A stretch of DNA of 64,000 nt from Bacilli bacterium (GTDB taxonomy: Bacteria; Bacillota_I; Bacilli_A; RF39; UBA660): the NCBI GenBank assembly GCA_017441845.1, contig JAFRVB010000004.1, positions 3,684-67,683 on the forward strand. Reading direction: 5' to 3'. Within the stretch, counting starts at the first letter, position 1. Every line of letters starts with the position of its first letter. The notes below the pieces were generated by a model that saw nothing but the letters and a program-made list of their open reading frames with translations, was not told the origin of the DNA and searched no databases. The position numbers and the translations under genes were made by a program. Shown here piece by piece: positions 37,381 to 46,806 of this stretch.

Positions 37381-39330
37381 ATGGATACTTTTAAACTTAA
37401 AAGTGATTTTAAACCTTCAGGAGATCAGCCTAAAGCTATAAAAGAATTAGTAGAAGGATTAAATGAAGGAAAACATGAACAAGTATTATTAGGTGCTACC
37501 GGTACTGGTAAAACTTTTACTATCGCAAATGTTATCCAAGAAGTTAATAAACCAACACTAGTATTAGCTCATAATAAAACATTAGCTGGACAACTTTATT
37601 CAGAGTTTAAAGAACTATTTCCAGAAAATCATGTAGAGTATTTTGTATCATATTATGATTATTATCAACCAGAAGCATATGTACCTTCAACAGATACTTA
37701 TATTGAAAAAGATTCATCTATAAATGATGAAATAGATGAATTAAGACATGCTGCTACCTCAGCTTTAATCTCTAATAGAGATACTATTGTAGTAGCATCA
37801 GTATCTTGTATCTATGGTATTGGTGAAGTAGAAGAATATAAAAGTAAAATGTTAACTCTATCTCTAAACCAAACTATCGATAGAAACATCGTTATGAAAA
37901 AACTAATCGATATGTTATATGAAAGAAATGACCTAGATTTTAAAAGAGGTACATTTAGAGTTAGAGGAGATACTTTAGAGATAATCCCAGTTAACCAAAA
38001 TGAAAGTGGTTACAGAATAGAATTCTTTGATGATACAATCGATAGAATATCTGAAATAGATACTTTAACTGGTGCAGTAAAACAAAATAAAAAGAATGTT
38101 TCAATATTCCCAGCTAGTCACTACGTAGTAAGTGATGAAAATCTATCTCGTGGTATAGAAAGAATCAAAAAAGAATTAGAAGAAAGATTAACTGAGTTAA
38201 AAGCTGATAATAAGTTGTTGGCTGCAGAGCGTTTAGAACAAAGAACTAATTATGATTTAGAAATGTTAGAGGAAACTGGTTTCTGCTCAGGAATAGAAAA
38301 CTATTCAGCTCCAATGGCTGGTCGTAAAAAAGGAGAAACGCCAACTACTTTAATGGATTTCTTCCCAGAAGATTACCTATTAGTAGTAGATGAATCACAT
38401 GTAACACTACCTCAAGTTAGAGGTATGTATAATGGAGATAGATCAAGAAAACAAAACCTAGTTGATTATGGCTTTAGATTACCTAGTGCTCTAGATAATA
38501 GACCATTAAAATATGAAGAATTTGAATCTAAAATCAATCAAGCCATCTATATTTCGGCTACTCCAGGAGATTATGAATTAGAACATACTCATAATAAATT
38601 TGTGGAACAAATAATTAGACCAACAGGTCTTCTAGATCCAACAATAGAAGTAAGAAAAACTACTGGCCAAATAGATGATTTAGTAGGTGAAATCAGATCT
38701 CGTCAAGAAAAAGATGAAAGAGTATTAATCACAACTCTAACTATCAGAATGGCAGAAGAATTAACTAATTACTTAAAAGAATTAAATATAAAAGTAGCTT
38801 ATCTACATACAGAAGTTAAAACATTAGAAAGATTACAAATAATTCATGATTTAAGAGAAGGTAAGTATGATGTAGTAGTAGGTATCAATCTGCTTAGAGA
38901 AGGATTGGATATCCCAGAAGTGAGTTTAATCGCAATATTAGATGCTGATAAAGAAGGATTCTTAAGAAGTACCAGAAGTTTAATTCAAACTATTGGTCGT
39001 TGTGCTAGAAATGCTAATGGTCATGTCATAATGTATGCTGATAAAATGACCGATTCAATGAATGAAGCAATTAAAGAAACTGAAAGACGTCGTTCTATTC
39101 AAGAAAAGTTTAATGAAGAAAATAATATAACTCCAAAAACTATTAAGAAAGAAATAAGAGAAGTAATTTCTAATATAGCTGGAGGTAAGAAAACTAAACA
39201 AGAACAAGTTGATATCAAGAATAATATTGAAGATCTAGAAAAAGAAATGAAAGAAGCTGCTAAAAACTTAGACTTTGAAAGAGCTATGGAATTAAGAGAT
39301 ATTATTTTTGAAATAAAAGCATCTTTATAA
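37381..39330 (+). CDS. uvrB: Excinuclease ABC subunit B
   Basis: [39 protein letters not shown] and the C-terminal UVR domain [11 protein letters not shown]. Confidence 0.95.
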   Translation: MDTFKLKSDFKPSGDQPKAIKELVEGLNEGKHEQVLLGATGTGKTFTIANVIQEVNKPTLVLAHNKTLAGQLYSEFKELFPENHVEYFVSYYDYYQPEAYVPSTDTYIEKDSSINDEIDELRHAATSALISNRDTIVVASVSCIYGIGEVEEYKSKMLTLSLNQTIDRNIVMKKLIDMLYERNDLDFKRGTFRVRGDTLEIIPVNQNESGYRIEFFDDTIDRISEIDTLTGAVKQNKKNVSIFPASHYVVSDENLSRGIERIKKELEERLTELKADNKLLAAERLEQRTNYDLEMLEETGFCSGIENYSAPMAGRKKGETPTTLMDFFPEDYLLVVDESHVTLPQVRGMYNGDRSRKQNLVDYGFRLPSALDNRPLKYEEFESKINQAIYISATPGDYELEHTHNKFVEQIIRPTGLLDPTIEVRKTTGQIDDLVGEIRSRQEKDERVLITTLTIRMAEELTNYLKELNIKVAYLHTEVKTLERLQIIHDLREGKYDVVVGINLLREGLDIPEVSLIAILDADKEGFLRSTRSLIQTIGRCARNANGHVIMYADKMTDSMNEAIKETERRRSIQEKFNEENNITPKTIKKEIREVISNIAGGKKTKQEQVDIKNNIEDLEKEMKEAAKNLDFERAMELRDIIFEIKASL

Positions 39331-39344
39331 AGGGAGGGGATCAT

Positions 39345-39506
39345 ATGGATGCAAAAGAAGAAAAAGAATTAAAACCATCAAAAGAATTACAAGAAGCTCT
39401 AGATGAACTAGAGGAAATGGAAAAACATCCTGAAAAGTACAAAAAATATGATAATGTTGAGGAGATGTTTGAAGAAATATTAAACGACAAAAAAACTGCT
39501 ATCTAG
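39345..39506 (+). CDS. Small acidic protein (53 aa), hypothetical; absent from the ORF track (below its size cutoff)
   Basis: The ATG at 39345 is preceded by AGGGAGGGGA. The frame stays open to the TAG at 39504-39506 and is followed directly by a terminator hairpin. Translation: MDAKEEKELKPSKELQEALDELEEMEKHPEKYKKYDNVEEMFEEILNDKKTAI. Confidence 0.5.
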   Translation: MDAKEEKELKPSKELQEALDELEEMEKHPEKYKKYDNVEEMFEEILNDKKTAI

Positions 39507-39514
39507 CAGTTTTT
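39491..39514. terminator. Bidirectional rho-independent terminator
   Basis: aaaaactgct-atct-agcagttttt hairpin with an A-run and a T-run on either side, between convergent genes. Confidence 0.75.
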
Positions 39515-40193
39515 ATTTTAATCTTTGCTTAAAAACATTTAATAGTCTATAAACTGTAAATGAAAGCATTAAAATAACAATAATATATATAGGGGCATAG
39601 CTTGGATATAAAAATATACCTACGAATGCAACAATAATTATAAATACTAAAATAGAAATAACACTAATTACACCATAATAAAGTATGAAATTAGGATCAT
39701 TAAGTATTTTATCCAAATAAGATAATTTTGCTCTATCACTAGATTCATTCAATTCTTCAATAGATACAACTACTTCATTGCATTCTTTTATATATACAGC
39801 ATAGTCTTTATCAACTACAAAAGGATTGTCTTCTTCTGTATAACATACAATTCTTTTATATTTTAAAGCTTTAAATTCAAAACACATAAGGTGAACGCCT
39901 TCATCAGTAACTTCTTTCTTTATTAATGTACCAATAAACTTTTTAGGCTTTTTAATAGCCATAATAGTCACAAAAGGAACTGAAAATACGAAAAGTAAAA
40001 CAAATGGAATAATAGTAACTCTTATTTCAAGCCATTTCCCGATATCTCTTCCCACTTCGTTAAAAGAGTACCAACAAAACCATAATAAAAATATAGTAGC
40101 ACACCAAAAAATAATGAGCGCTAAAACATTTTCCTTTTTAGCTTTATCGATTGTATAAATAGAATTTGGATTTTTAACTGTATATATAGTCAT
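39513..40193 (-). CDS. Hypothetical membrane protein (4 TM helices with a central soluble domain)
   Basis: Hydrophobic helices lie at both ends. No family recognised. Confidence 0.5.
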   Translation of the reverse strand: MTIYTVKNPNSIYTIDKAKKENVLALIIFWCATIFLLWFCWYSFNEVGRDIGKWLEIRVTIIPFVLLFVFSVPFVTIMAIKKPKKFIGTLIKKEVTDEGVHLMCFEFKALKYKRIVCYTEEDNPFVVDKDYAVYIKECNEVVVSIEELNESSDRAKLSYLDKILNDPNFILYYGVISVISILVFIIIVAFVGIFLYPSYAPIYIIVILMLSFTVYRLLNVFKQRLK

Positions 40194-40289
40194 CTAGTAT
40201 CACCTATTTTAATTATATATATGCATTAAAACAAAGTCAAAAAATCATATAGAATAAATGAATAACTTGACAAATTATTGCAACAAAAA

Positions 40290-40306
40290 AACTGCTATAA
40301 GCAGTT
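40290..40306 (-). terminator. Rho-independent terminator of the DUF805 gene
   Basis: aactgc-tataa-gcagtt hairpin. On the - strand it is followed by a long T-run (the A-run at 40284-40290 on the + strand). Confidence 0.7.
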
Positions 40307-40313
40307 CTTTTTA

Positions 40314-40664
40314 TTAATAATTATTACCTTCATTAACAGCAGGTAAACAATAGAATACTATTAATATGATACTTCCAACAAATGGAATTAAAGATATTAA
40401 TACCCACCAACCAGATTTGTTAATATCATGAAGTCTTCTGATTTCTAGACCTAAAGCTGGTAAGAAAGTTGCTAGCATCCAAATAGTAACAATAGGATTA
40501 GTTGTATTAGGATCAGTATTAGTTCCCATAATTAATCCAGCAATAATACCAACAATACAACTAAGAATAAAATATCCTAATATAGCCCACCAGAAATCAG
40601 CTCTTGAAGTACGTCCTTTAAATACTGCATATTTTTGGAACATATCCTTTGTAGCATTAACCAT
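40314..40664 (-). CDS. DUF805 family inner membrane protein
   Basis: FKGRTSRADFWW and RRLHDINKSGWW are signature segments of DUF805. Confidence 0.85.
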   Translation of the reverse strand: MVNATKDMFQKYAVFKGRTSRADFWWAILGYFILSCIVGIIAGLIMGTNTDPNTTNPIVTIWMLATFLPALGLEIRRLHDINKSGWWVLISLIPFVGSIILIVFYCLPAVNEGNNY

Positions 40665-40751
40665 TAATCATCATACTCCTTTCGAATTTATTATATCATT
40701 ATTTTACAAATTTGAATAGAAAATATGTTATAATACACACGAGGCGATAGT

Positions 40752-43565
40752 ATGGATAAAATTATAATTAAAGGAGCTAGAGAGAATAATTTAAAAAATA
40801 TTGATCTTGAACTACCTAAAAACAAATTAATTGTAATGACAGGTTTATCAGGTTCTGGTAAATCTTCTTTAGCGTTCGATACTATCTATGCCGAAGGAGA
40901 AAGACGTTATGTTGAATCTCTTTCAGCTTATGCAAGACAATTCTTAGGTAACTCTAATAAACCAGATGTAGATTCAATTGAAGGATTATCACCAGCTATC
41001 AGTATAGATCAAAAAACCACATCTAATAATCCTCGTTCTACAGTAGGTACTGTAACAGAAATATATGATTATTTAAGACTATTATTTGCTAGGATTGGAG
41101 TTCCTATTTGCCCTAATCATAATATTCCTATAACTTCTCAATCTGTGGAGGAGATGACTAATAAAGTATTAGATTATGATGAAGGATCTAGAATTATAAT
41201 AATGTCTCCTGTAGTACATGGAGAAAAAGGTACTCATAAAGATTTATTAGAAAGATTACAAAAAGATGGCTTCATAAGAATAGAAGTAGATGGAGAAACT
41301 AAAGATTTATCTGAAGAAATAGATTTAGAAAAGAATAAAAAACATAATATCTCAGTCGTAATAGATAGATTAGTAATTAAAGATGGTATTCGTACAAGAC
41401 TTTTTGAAGCTATAGAGCAAGCTACTAAATTATCTCATGGGAAAGTAGTAATCAAATTATTAGGGGATAAAGAGAAAGAAATAGTTATGTCTGAGTCTTT
41501 TGCTTGTCCACATTGTGATTTCTCATTACCAGAATTAGAACCAAGACTATTTAGTTTTAATGCACCTTTCGGAGCATGCCCTGATTGTAAAGGTATTGGA
41601 GTTAAACTACAAATGGATCCAGATTTAGTAATTCCTGATAAAGAATTATCTATTATCGATGGTTGTATTAAACCATATGGAGATGAAGTAGAAAATATTT
41701 ATTACATGACTCTACTATGTCTATGTAAGCATTATAATATTGATACAACTAAACCATTTAAAAAATTAACTGAAAAAGAAAAGAAGCTTATTTATTATGG
41801 TTCAGAAGAACCAATTCATATTAAATATACAACTCGTGGAGGTAATACTACTGATAAATATGATTATTATGAAGGAGTATTATCTAATTTAGAAAGAAGA
41901 TATATGGAAACATCTTCTGAATGGGTAAGAGAATGGTTAGAACACTTCATGATTGAAACAGAATGTGATACTTGTCATGGAGCGAGACTTAATAAAGATG
42001 TTTTACAAGTAAAAGTAGGTAATAAATCTATCTATGATGTTACAAGTATGAGTATTAAAGAATTAATTAAGTTCTTTAAAGACTTAAAATTAACAAAAGA
42101 ACAAGAATCTATCGCAAGATTATTAATAAAAGAGATAACTGATAGACTAGATTTTCTAGCTAATGTAGGATTAGAGTATTTAACTTTAACTAGAAATGCT
42201 GGTACATTATCAGGTGGAGAAGCACAACGTATTAGATTGGCTACTCAAATAGGTTCACGTCTTACAGGAGTTTTATATGTATTAGATGAACCTAGTATAG
42301 GTCTTCATCAAAAAGATAATCAAAAACTAATAAACTCATTAATTCAAATGAGAGATTTAGGTAATACATTGATTGTTGTTGAGCATGATGAAGATACTAT
42401 GAGGGCTAGTGATTATATTGTTGATATTGGTCCAGGTGCCGGAGATGCTGGAGGAGAAGTAGTTGCTATAGGTACACCAAAAGAAATAGAAAAGAATAAA
42501 GAGAGTATTACTGGACAATATCTAAGCGGTAAAAAGAAAATACCTGTTCCTGAAAAAAGAAGAAAAGGTATTGGAAAATACTTAAAAATTAAAGGAGCAG
42601 AAGAACATAATTTAAAAAATATAGATGTAGATATACCTCTAGGTACTTTCACATGCGTAACTGGAGTATCTGGTTCAGGTAAATCATCTTTAATTACTGA
42701 AATTCTTTGCAAGGCTATCTCAAAAGAGTTATATAACTCCAAAGAAAAACCTGGTAAACATAAAAAGATTTTAGGTACTGAAAATATTGATAAAATAGTT
42801 GTAATATCACAATCACCAATCGGAAGAACACCTAGATCGAATCCAGCAACTTATACTGGAGTATTTGATGATATTAGAGCTTTATTCACAACTACTAAAG
42901 AAGCTAAGATGTTAGGCTTTGAAAAGAATAGATTCTCATTTAATGTTAAAGGTGGAAGATGTGAAGCTTGTCGTGGAGATGGTATTAAGAAAATAGAGAT
43001 GCATTTCTTACCAGATGTTTATGTACCATGTGAAGTTTGTCATGGAACAAGATACAATAAAGAAACTCTAAATATTAAATATAAAGGTAAAAATATAGCT
43101 GATGTACTTGATATGAGAGTAACAGAAGCATTAGAGTTCTTCTCAAACATTCCAAAAATTAAACATAAACTACAAGTTCTTAATGATGTTGGACTAGGTT
43201 ATATTAAACTAGGACAATCAGCTCCAACTCTATCAGGAGGAGAAGCAGAACGTGTTAAATTAGCTAAAGAATTACAGAAAAAAGCAACAGGAAAAACGCT
43301 ATTTGTACTAGATGAACCAACAACTGGACTACACACTGATGACATCTCTCGTCTTCTTGCAATTTTACAGAAAATAGTAGATAATAAAGATACAGTAGTA
43401 GTCATAGAACACAACCTAGATGTTATAAAAACAGCAGACTATATCATTGATTTAGGACCAGATGGAGGAGACCTTGGAGGAGAAGTAATTGCCACAGGTA
43501 CTCCAGAAGAAATAACTAAAGTATCTAAATCATATACTGGACAATTTTTAAAGAAAATATTGTGA
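40752..43565 (+). CDS. uvrA: Excinuclease ABC subunit A
   Basis: Two ABC modules (GLSGSGKSSLAFDT; GVSGSGKSSL), signatures LSGGEAQR and LSGGEAER, and zinc-finger Cys clusters. Confidence 0.95.
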   Translation: MDKIIIKGARENNLKNIDLELPKNKLIVMTGLSGSGKSSLAFDTIYAEGERRYVESLSAYARQFLGNSNKPDVDSIEGLSPAISIDQKTTSNNPRSTVGTVTEIYDYLRLLFARIGVPICPNHNIPITSQSVEEMTNKVLDYDEGSRIIIMSPVVHGEKGTHKDLLERLQKDGFIRIEVDGETKDLSEEIDLEKNKKHNISVVIDRLVIKDGIRTRLFEAIEQATKLSHGKVVIKLLGDKEKEIVMSESFACPHCDFSLPELEPRLFSFNAPFGACPDCKGIGVKLQMDPDLVIPDKELSIIDGCIKPYGDEVENIYYMTLLCLCKHYNIDTTKPFKKLTEKEKKLIYYGSEEPIHIKYTTRGGNTTDKYDYYEGVLSNLERRYMETSSEWVREWLEHFMIETECDTCHGARLNKDVLQVKVGNKSIYDVTSMSIKELIKFFKDLKLTKEQESIARLLIKEITDRLDFLANVGLEYLTLTRNAGTLSGGEAQRIRLATQIGSRLTGVLYVLDEPSIGLHQKDNQKLINSLIQMRDLGNTLIVVEHDEDTMRASDYIVDIGPGAGDAGGEVVAIGTPKEIEKNKESITGQYLSGKKKIPVPEKRRKGIGKYLKIKGAEEHNLKNIDVDIPLGTFTCVTGVSGSGKSSLITEILCKAISKELYNSKEKPGKHKKILGTENIDKIVVISQSPIGRTPRSNPATYTGVFDDIRALFTTTKEAKMLGFEKNRFSFNVKGGRCEACRGDGIKKIEMHFLPDVYVPCEVCHGTRYNKETLNIKYKGKNIADVLDMRVTEALEFFSNIPKIKHKLQVLNDVGLGYIKLGQSAPTLSGGEAERVKLAKELQKKATGKTLFVLDEPTTGLHTDDISRLLAILQKIVDNKDTVVVIEHNLDVIKTADYIIDLGPDGGDLGGEVIATGTPEEITKVSKSYTGQFLKKIL

Positions 43566-43572
43566 GGTGCAC

Positions 43573-43998
43573 ATGAAAAAACAAAAACAAAAAATAAGTA
43601 AAGGTATTCAATGGTTAATATATATAGCTATATATATAGTAATAATCATATTAATTAATAATTTATTTGATTCTATTTATATAGAACCAAAACATCAAAT
43701 AATAACAACTTTTGTCTTACTGTTATTATTAACAATTCTTAATCAAACAGTTAAGCCAATCTTAGTAAGATTAACAGTACCAATCATTGGTCTGACTTTA
43801 GGAATATTCTATTTATTCATTAACTTATTTATTTTAAAATTAGTTGATTGGATAATGGGACCAGCCTTTAATATGACTAGTTTCTGGCCAGCATTAGTAT
43901 TCTCAATCTTAATAACAGTGGCTAACTTATTACTAGGTATAGTATTTAAAGATGTTAAAAAGACTGGTAAAAAAATAATAAATAATAAGAAGGATTAA
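43573..43998 (+). CDS. YvlD/DUF360 (phage holin family 4-like) membrane protein
   Basis: LNQTVKPILVRLTVPIIGLTLGIFYLFINLFILKLV ... FWPALVFSILITVANLLL matches the family pattern. The start could instead be GTG 43567. Confidence 0.7.
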   Translation: MKKQKQKISKGIQWLIYIAIYIVIIILINNLFDSIYIEPKHQIITTFVLLLLLTILNQTVKPILVRLTVPIIGLTLGIFYLFINLFILKLVDWIMGPAFNMTSFWPALVFSILITVANLLLGIVFKDVKKTGKKIINNKKD

Positions 43999-44000
43999 AT

Positions 44001-44798
44001 ATGAACAGAGTAGCATTAGATTTAGGAATAATAAAAATATATTGGTATTCAATATTAGTATTTTTAGGTATAGTTGCTGCCTGTTTTCTTATTTATAAAG
44101 AATCTAAAAAACAAAAACTAAATAAGGAAGATTTAATAGATTTAATATTCTATGTATTAATATTTGGTATTATTGGAGCTAGAGTCTATTATGTATTATT
44201 TAATTTAAGTTATTATTTATCTAATCCATTAGAGATATTCGCAGTATGGAACGGAGGATTAGCTATCCATGGAGGATTAATAGGTGGATTGATTACTACC
44301 ATAGTTTTCTGTAAGAAAAGAAAGATTAATCTAACCAAGATGATAGATATCTTAGTAGTAGGTATCATTATTGGACAAGCTATAGGTAGATGGGGTAATT
44401 TCTTCAATGGTGAAGCTTTTGGTCCCGCCACTACACTAGCTTATCTACAATCTATTCATATACCTAAATTTATAATAGATGGAATGTTAATAGATGGAGT
44501 TTATCACATACCAACATTTCTTTATGAATCTACTTGGTGCCTACTAGGATTTATTTCTATGTTGATATTAAGGTCTTTTAAGAAATTACCTTTAGGAGCA
44601 CTAACTAGTTTTTATCTTATTTGGTATGGTATAGCTAGATTCTTTATTGAAGGATTAAGAACAGATTCATTAATGTTATTTAGTTTAAAAGTAGCTCAAT
44701 TAGTTTCAATAATATTTATTATTGCAGGTATAATAATACTAATTTATAATATAAAAAAGAAAAATATTTACTCTAAAACAAAATTACAAAGTAAATAG
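44001..44798 (+). CDS. lgt: Prolipoprotein diacylglyceryl transferase
   Basis: YWYSILVFLG, GARVYYVLF, WNGGLAIHGG, GRWGNFFNGEAFG, YESTW and FFIEGLRTDS. Confidence 0.9.
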   Translation: MNRVALDLGIIKIYWYSILVFLGIVAACFLIYKESKKQKLNKEDLIDLIFYVLIFGIIGARVYYVLFNLSYYLSNPLEIFAVWNGGLAIHGGLIGGLITTIVFCKKRKINLTKMIDILVVGIIIGQAIGRWGNFFNGEAFGPATTLAYLQSIHIPKFIIDGMLIDGVYHIPTFLYESTWCLLGFISMLILRSFKKLPLGALTSFYLIWYGIARFFIEGLRTDSLMLFSLKVAQLVSIIFIIAGIIILIYNIKKKNIYSKTKLQSK

Positions 44799-44809
44799 GA
44801 AGTGATATT

Positions 44810-45763
44810 ATGGATAATAAAAAAGTAGTAGTATTCGGTGGAGGAACAGGATTATCTAGATTATTAAAAGGATTAAAAAAATTCCCATTAGATATAACAG
44901 CTGTTATCACAGTGTCTGATAATGGTAGATCTACTGGTAAATTAAGAAAAGAATTTAATATTCCTGCGGTAGGAGATATTCGCCATGTTATCACAGCTTT
45001 ATCTGAAATAGATCCTACTATAATAGATATGATGTCTTATCGTTTTAAGACATATTCTGATTTAGATGGTCATGCTGTAGGTAACCTAGTTTTAACAGCA
45101 CTACTTGAACAAACAGGATCTTTAACAGAAGCAATTAAAGCTCTAAGTACTTTGCTAGATGTTAAAGCAACCGTTTTACCTATCTCAGAAGATAATTTAA
45201 CTTTAATGGCTGAAGATAAAGATGGAAATATTGTTGAAGGAGAAGAACAAATCTCTGAAGCTAATATGAAAATAAAAAGAATCTTCTATAAAGAAGATGC
45301 TAAAGTATCACGAGATGTAATAAAAGCTATAAATGAAGCAGATTTAATTGTATTAAGTATGGGTAGTTTATATACATCAATTCTACCAAATGTTATTTGT
45401 AAAGATGTTCAATTAGCGATCGCAGACTCTCATGCTAAAATAGTTTATGCTTGTAATGTTGTTACTCAACCAGGCGAAACAGATGGTTATACTGTATCTG
45501 ATCATATTAAAGCTATCAATAGACATCTAAAAGAAAGAAAAGTAGATGCAGTAATAGCTTCTAATAGTAAAATGAATGAAAAAATAGTTGAAAACTATTC
45601 TAAGTTAGAAAATAAAGAACCAGTAGTAATAGATTATAAAGAATTAGAGAAGTTAGGAGTAGAGCTAATAGAAGATGACTTAATCATCTTAGATGATAAT
45701 TATCTAAGACATGATTCTATGAGATTAAGTTTTCTGATATATAGTTATCTAATGAAAAGGTAA
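44810..45763 (+). CDS. YvcK-family gluconeogenesis/cell-shape factor (CofD-like fold)
   Basis: VVVFGGGTGLSRLLKGLK, VSDNGRSTG, GSLYTSILPN. Confidence 0.85.
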   Translation: MDNKKVVVFGGGTGLSRLLKGLKKFPLDITAVITVSDNGRSTGKLRKEFNIPAVGDIRHVITALSEIDPTIIDMMSYRFKTYSDLDGHAVGNLVLTALLEQTGSLTEAIKALSTLLDVKATVLPISEDNLTLMAEDKDGNIVEGEEQISEANMKIKRIFYKEDAKVSRDVIKAINEADLIVLSMGSLYTSILPNVICKDVQLAIADSHAKIVYACNVVTQPGETDGYTVSDHIKAINRHLKERKVDAVIASNSKMNEKIVENYSKLENKEPVVIDYKELEKLGVELIEDDLIILDDNYLRHDSMRLSFLIYSYLMKR

Positions 45764-46707
45764 TGTCATATACTACTAAAATAAAAGATGAAATAGCTTT
45801 ATCTAATGAAGAATATCAAAAACCAGAAATAATTGCTGAAACTTGTGGTTTTATAAGAAATAATAATACTATTACTAAAGGTAAAATAATATTAACTAAT
45901 GAAAATTTAAATATAATTAATAGAATAACTAACCACATGAAAATTCTATATCAAAAGAATGTACAAAGAGATGTAATTGAGAATTTAAATTTCTCAAAGA
46001 AAGAGTTATATCAAATAACTATTATTGATGAAGATAATTATATTTTAAAAGATTTAGGTATCTTAGATGAAAATAATAAGTATTTAGATAATCCTCCTAG
46101 TTATATATTAGATGATATGGAAACAATAAAAGCTTATTTAAAAGGAGTATTTCTAACTACTGGGAGTATTAATGATCCTAAGACTTCTAGATATCATATG
46201 GAATTATTAATATCTAAACCAGAAGAAGCTATATTTGTACAAAGATTATTAAATATGTATGAATTAAATGCTAAGATTCTAAATAGAGATAAAGGTTATA
46301 TGATCTATATAAAAGAAGCAGAAAAGATAAGTGATTTTATTAAAATTCTAGGAGCAAATAACGCAGTACTTTATTATGAAGATATAAGAATCTATAGAGA
46401 TGAAAAGAATCTTACTAATAGATTAAATAACTGTGAACAAGCTAATACAGATAAAATAGTACATACAGCTTCTAAACAATTAAAAGATATTAAATTATTA
46501 GAAGAAACAGCATCACTTTCTCTATTAGATGATAAGTGTATGCAAGTAGTAGAGTACAGGAAAAAATATCCAGAAGCTTCTCTAAAAGAATTAGCTGAAA
46601 TTATCTCTAAAGAAACTAATAAAAAGATAACTAAGTCAGGATTAAATCATAGATTAAGAAAAATAAAAGAACTAGCTGAAAGAATAAGAAAGAATCAAAA
46701 AAGCTAG
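45763..46707 (+). CDS. whiA: DNA-binding protein WhiA
   Basis: SYTTKIKDEI start, degenerate LAGLIDADG-like middle region (LKGVFLTTGSINDP) and C-terminal HTH (SLKELAEIIS...SGLNHRLRKI). Conserved position after yvcK. Confidence 0.85.
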   Translation: MSYTTKIKDEIALSNEEYQKPEIIAETCGFIRNNNTITKGKIILTNENLNIINRITNHMKILYQKNVQRDVIENLNFSKKELYQITIIDEDNYILKDLGILDENNKYLDNPPSYILDDMETIKAYLKGVFLTTGSINDPKTSRYHMELLISKPEEAIFVQRLLNMYELNAKILNRDKGYMIYIKEAEKISDFIKILGANNAVLYYEDIRIYRDEKNLTNRLNNCEQANTDKIVHTASKQLKDIKLLEETASLSLLDDKCMQVVEYRKKYPEASLKELAEIISKETNKKITKSGLNHRLRKIKELAERIRKNQKS

Positions 46708-46768
46708 TCTTTTTTTGTCTAGTACTATGTCAATACTATATATTTGAATAATAACTATTTTATTTTTA

Positions 46769-46777
46769 TGATATAAT
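46769..46777 (+). promoter_or_regulatory. Extended -10 promoter element (TGaTATAAT)
   Basis: tgatataat lies 30 nt upstream of the ATG at 46807. The 17-nt string atttttatgatataatt is identical to the one at 411-427. Confidence 0.4.
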
Positions 46778-46806
46778 TATTATACGAGGTAGAAGGGGTT
46801 GATACT

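Noticed and set aside
42413-43414. - strand ORFs (109 and 71 aa) within uvrA. Similar antisense ORFs occur within the SauUSI-like gene, the nfnB-like gene, ftsE, ftsX, ALDH, uvrB, lgt, the kinase, pgk, dinB, rpsJ and rplC.
   Set aside because: All of them lie fully inside highly conserved sense-strand genes, so they are treated as chance antisense frames.
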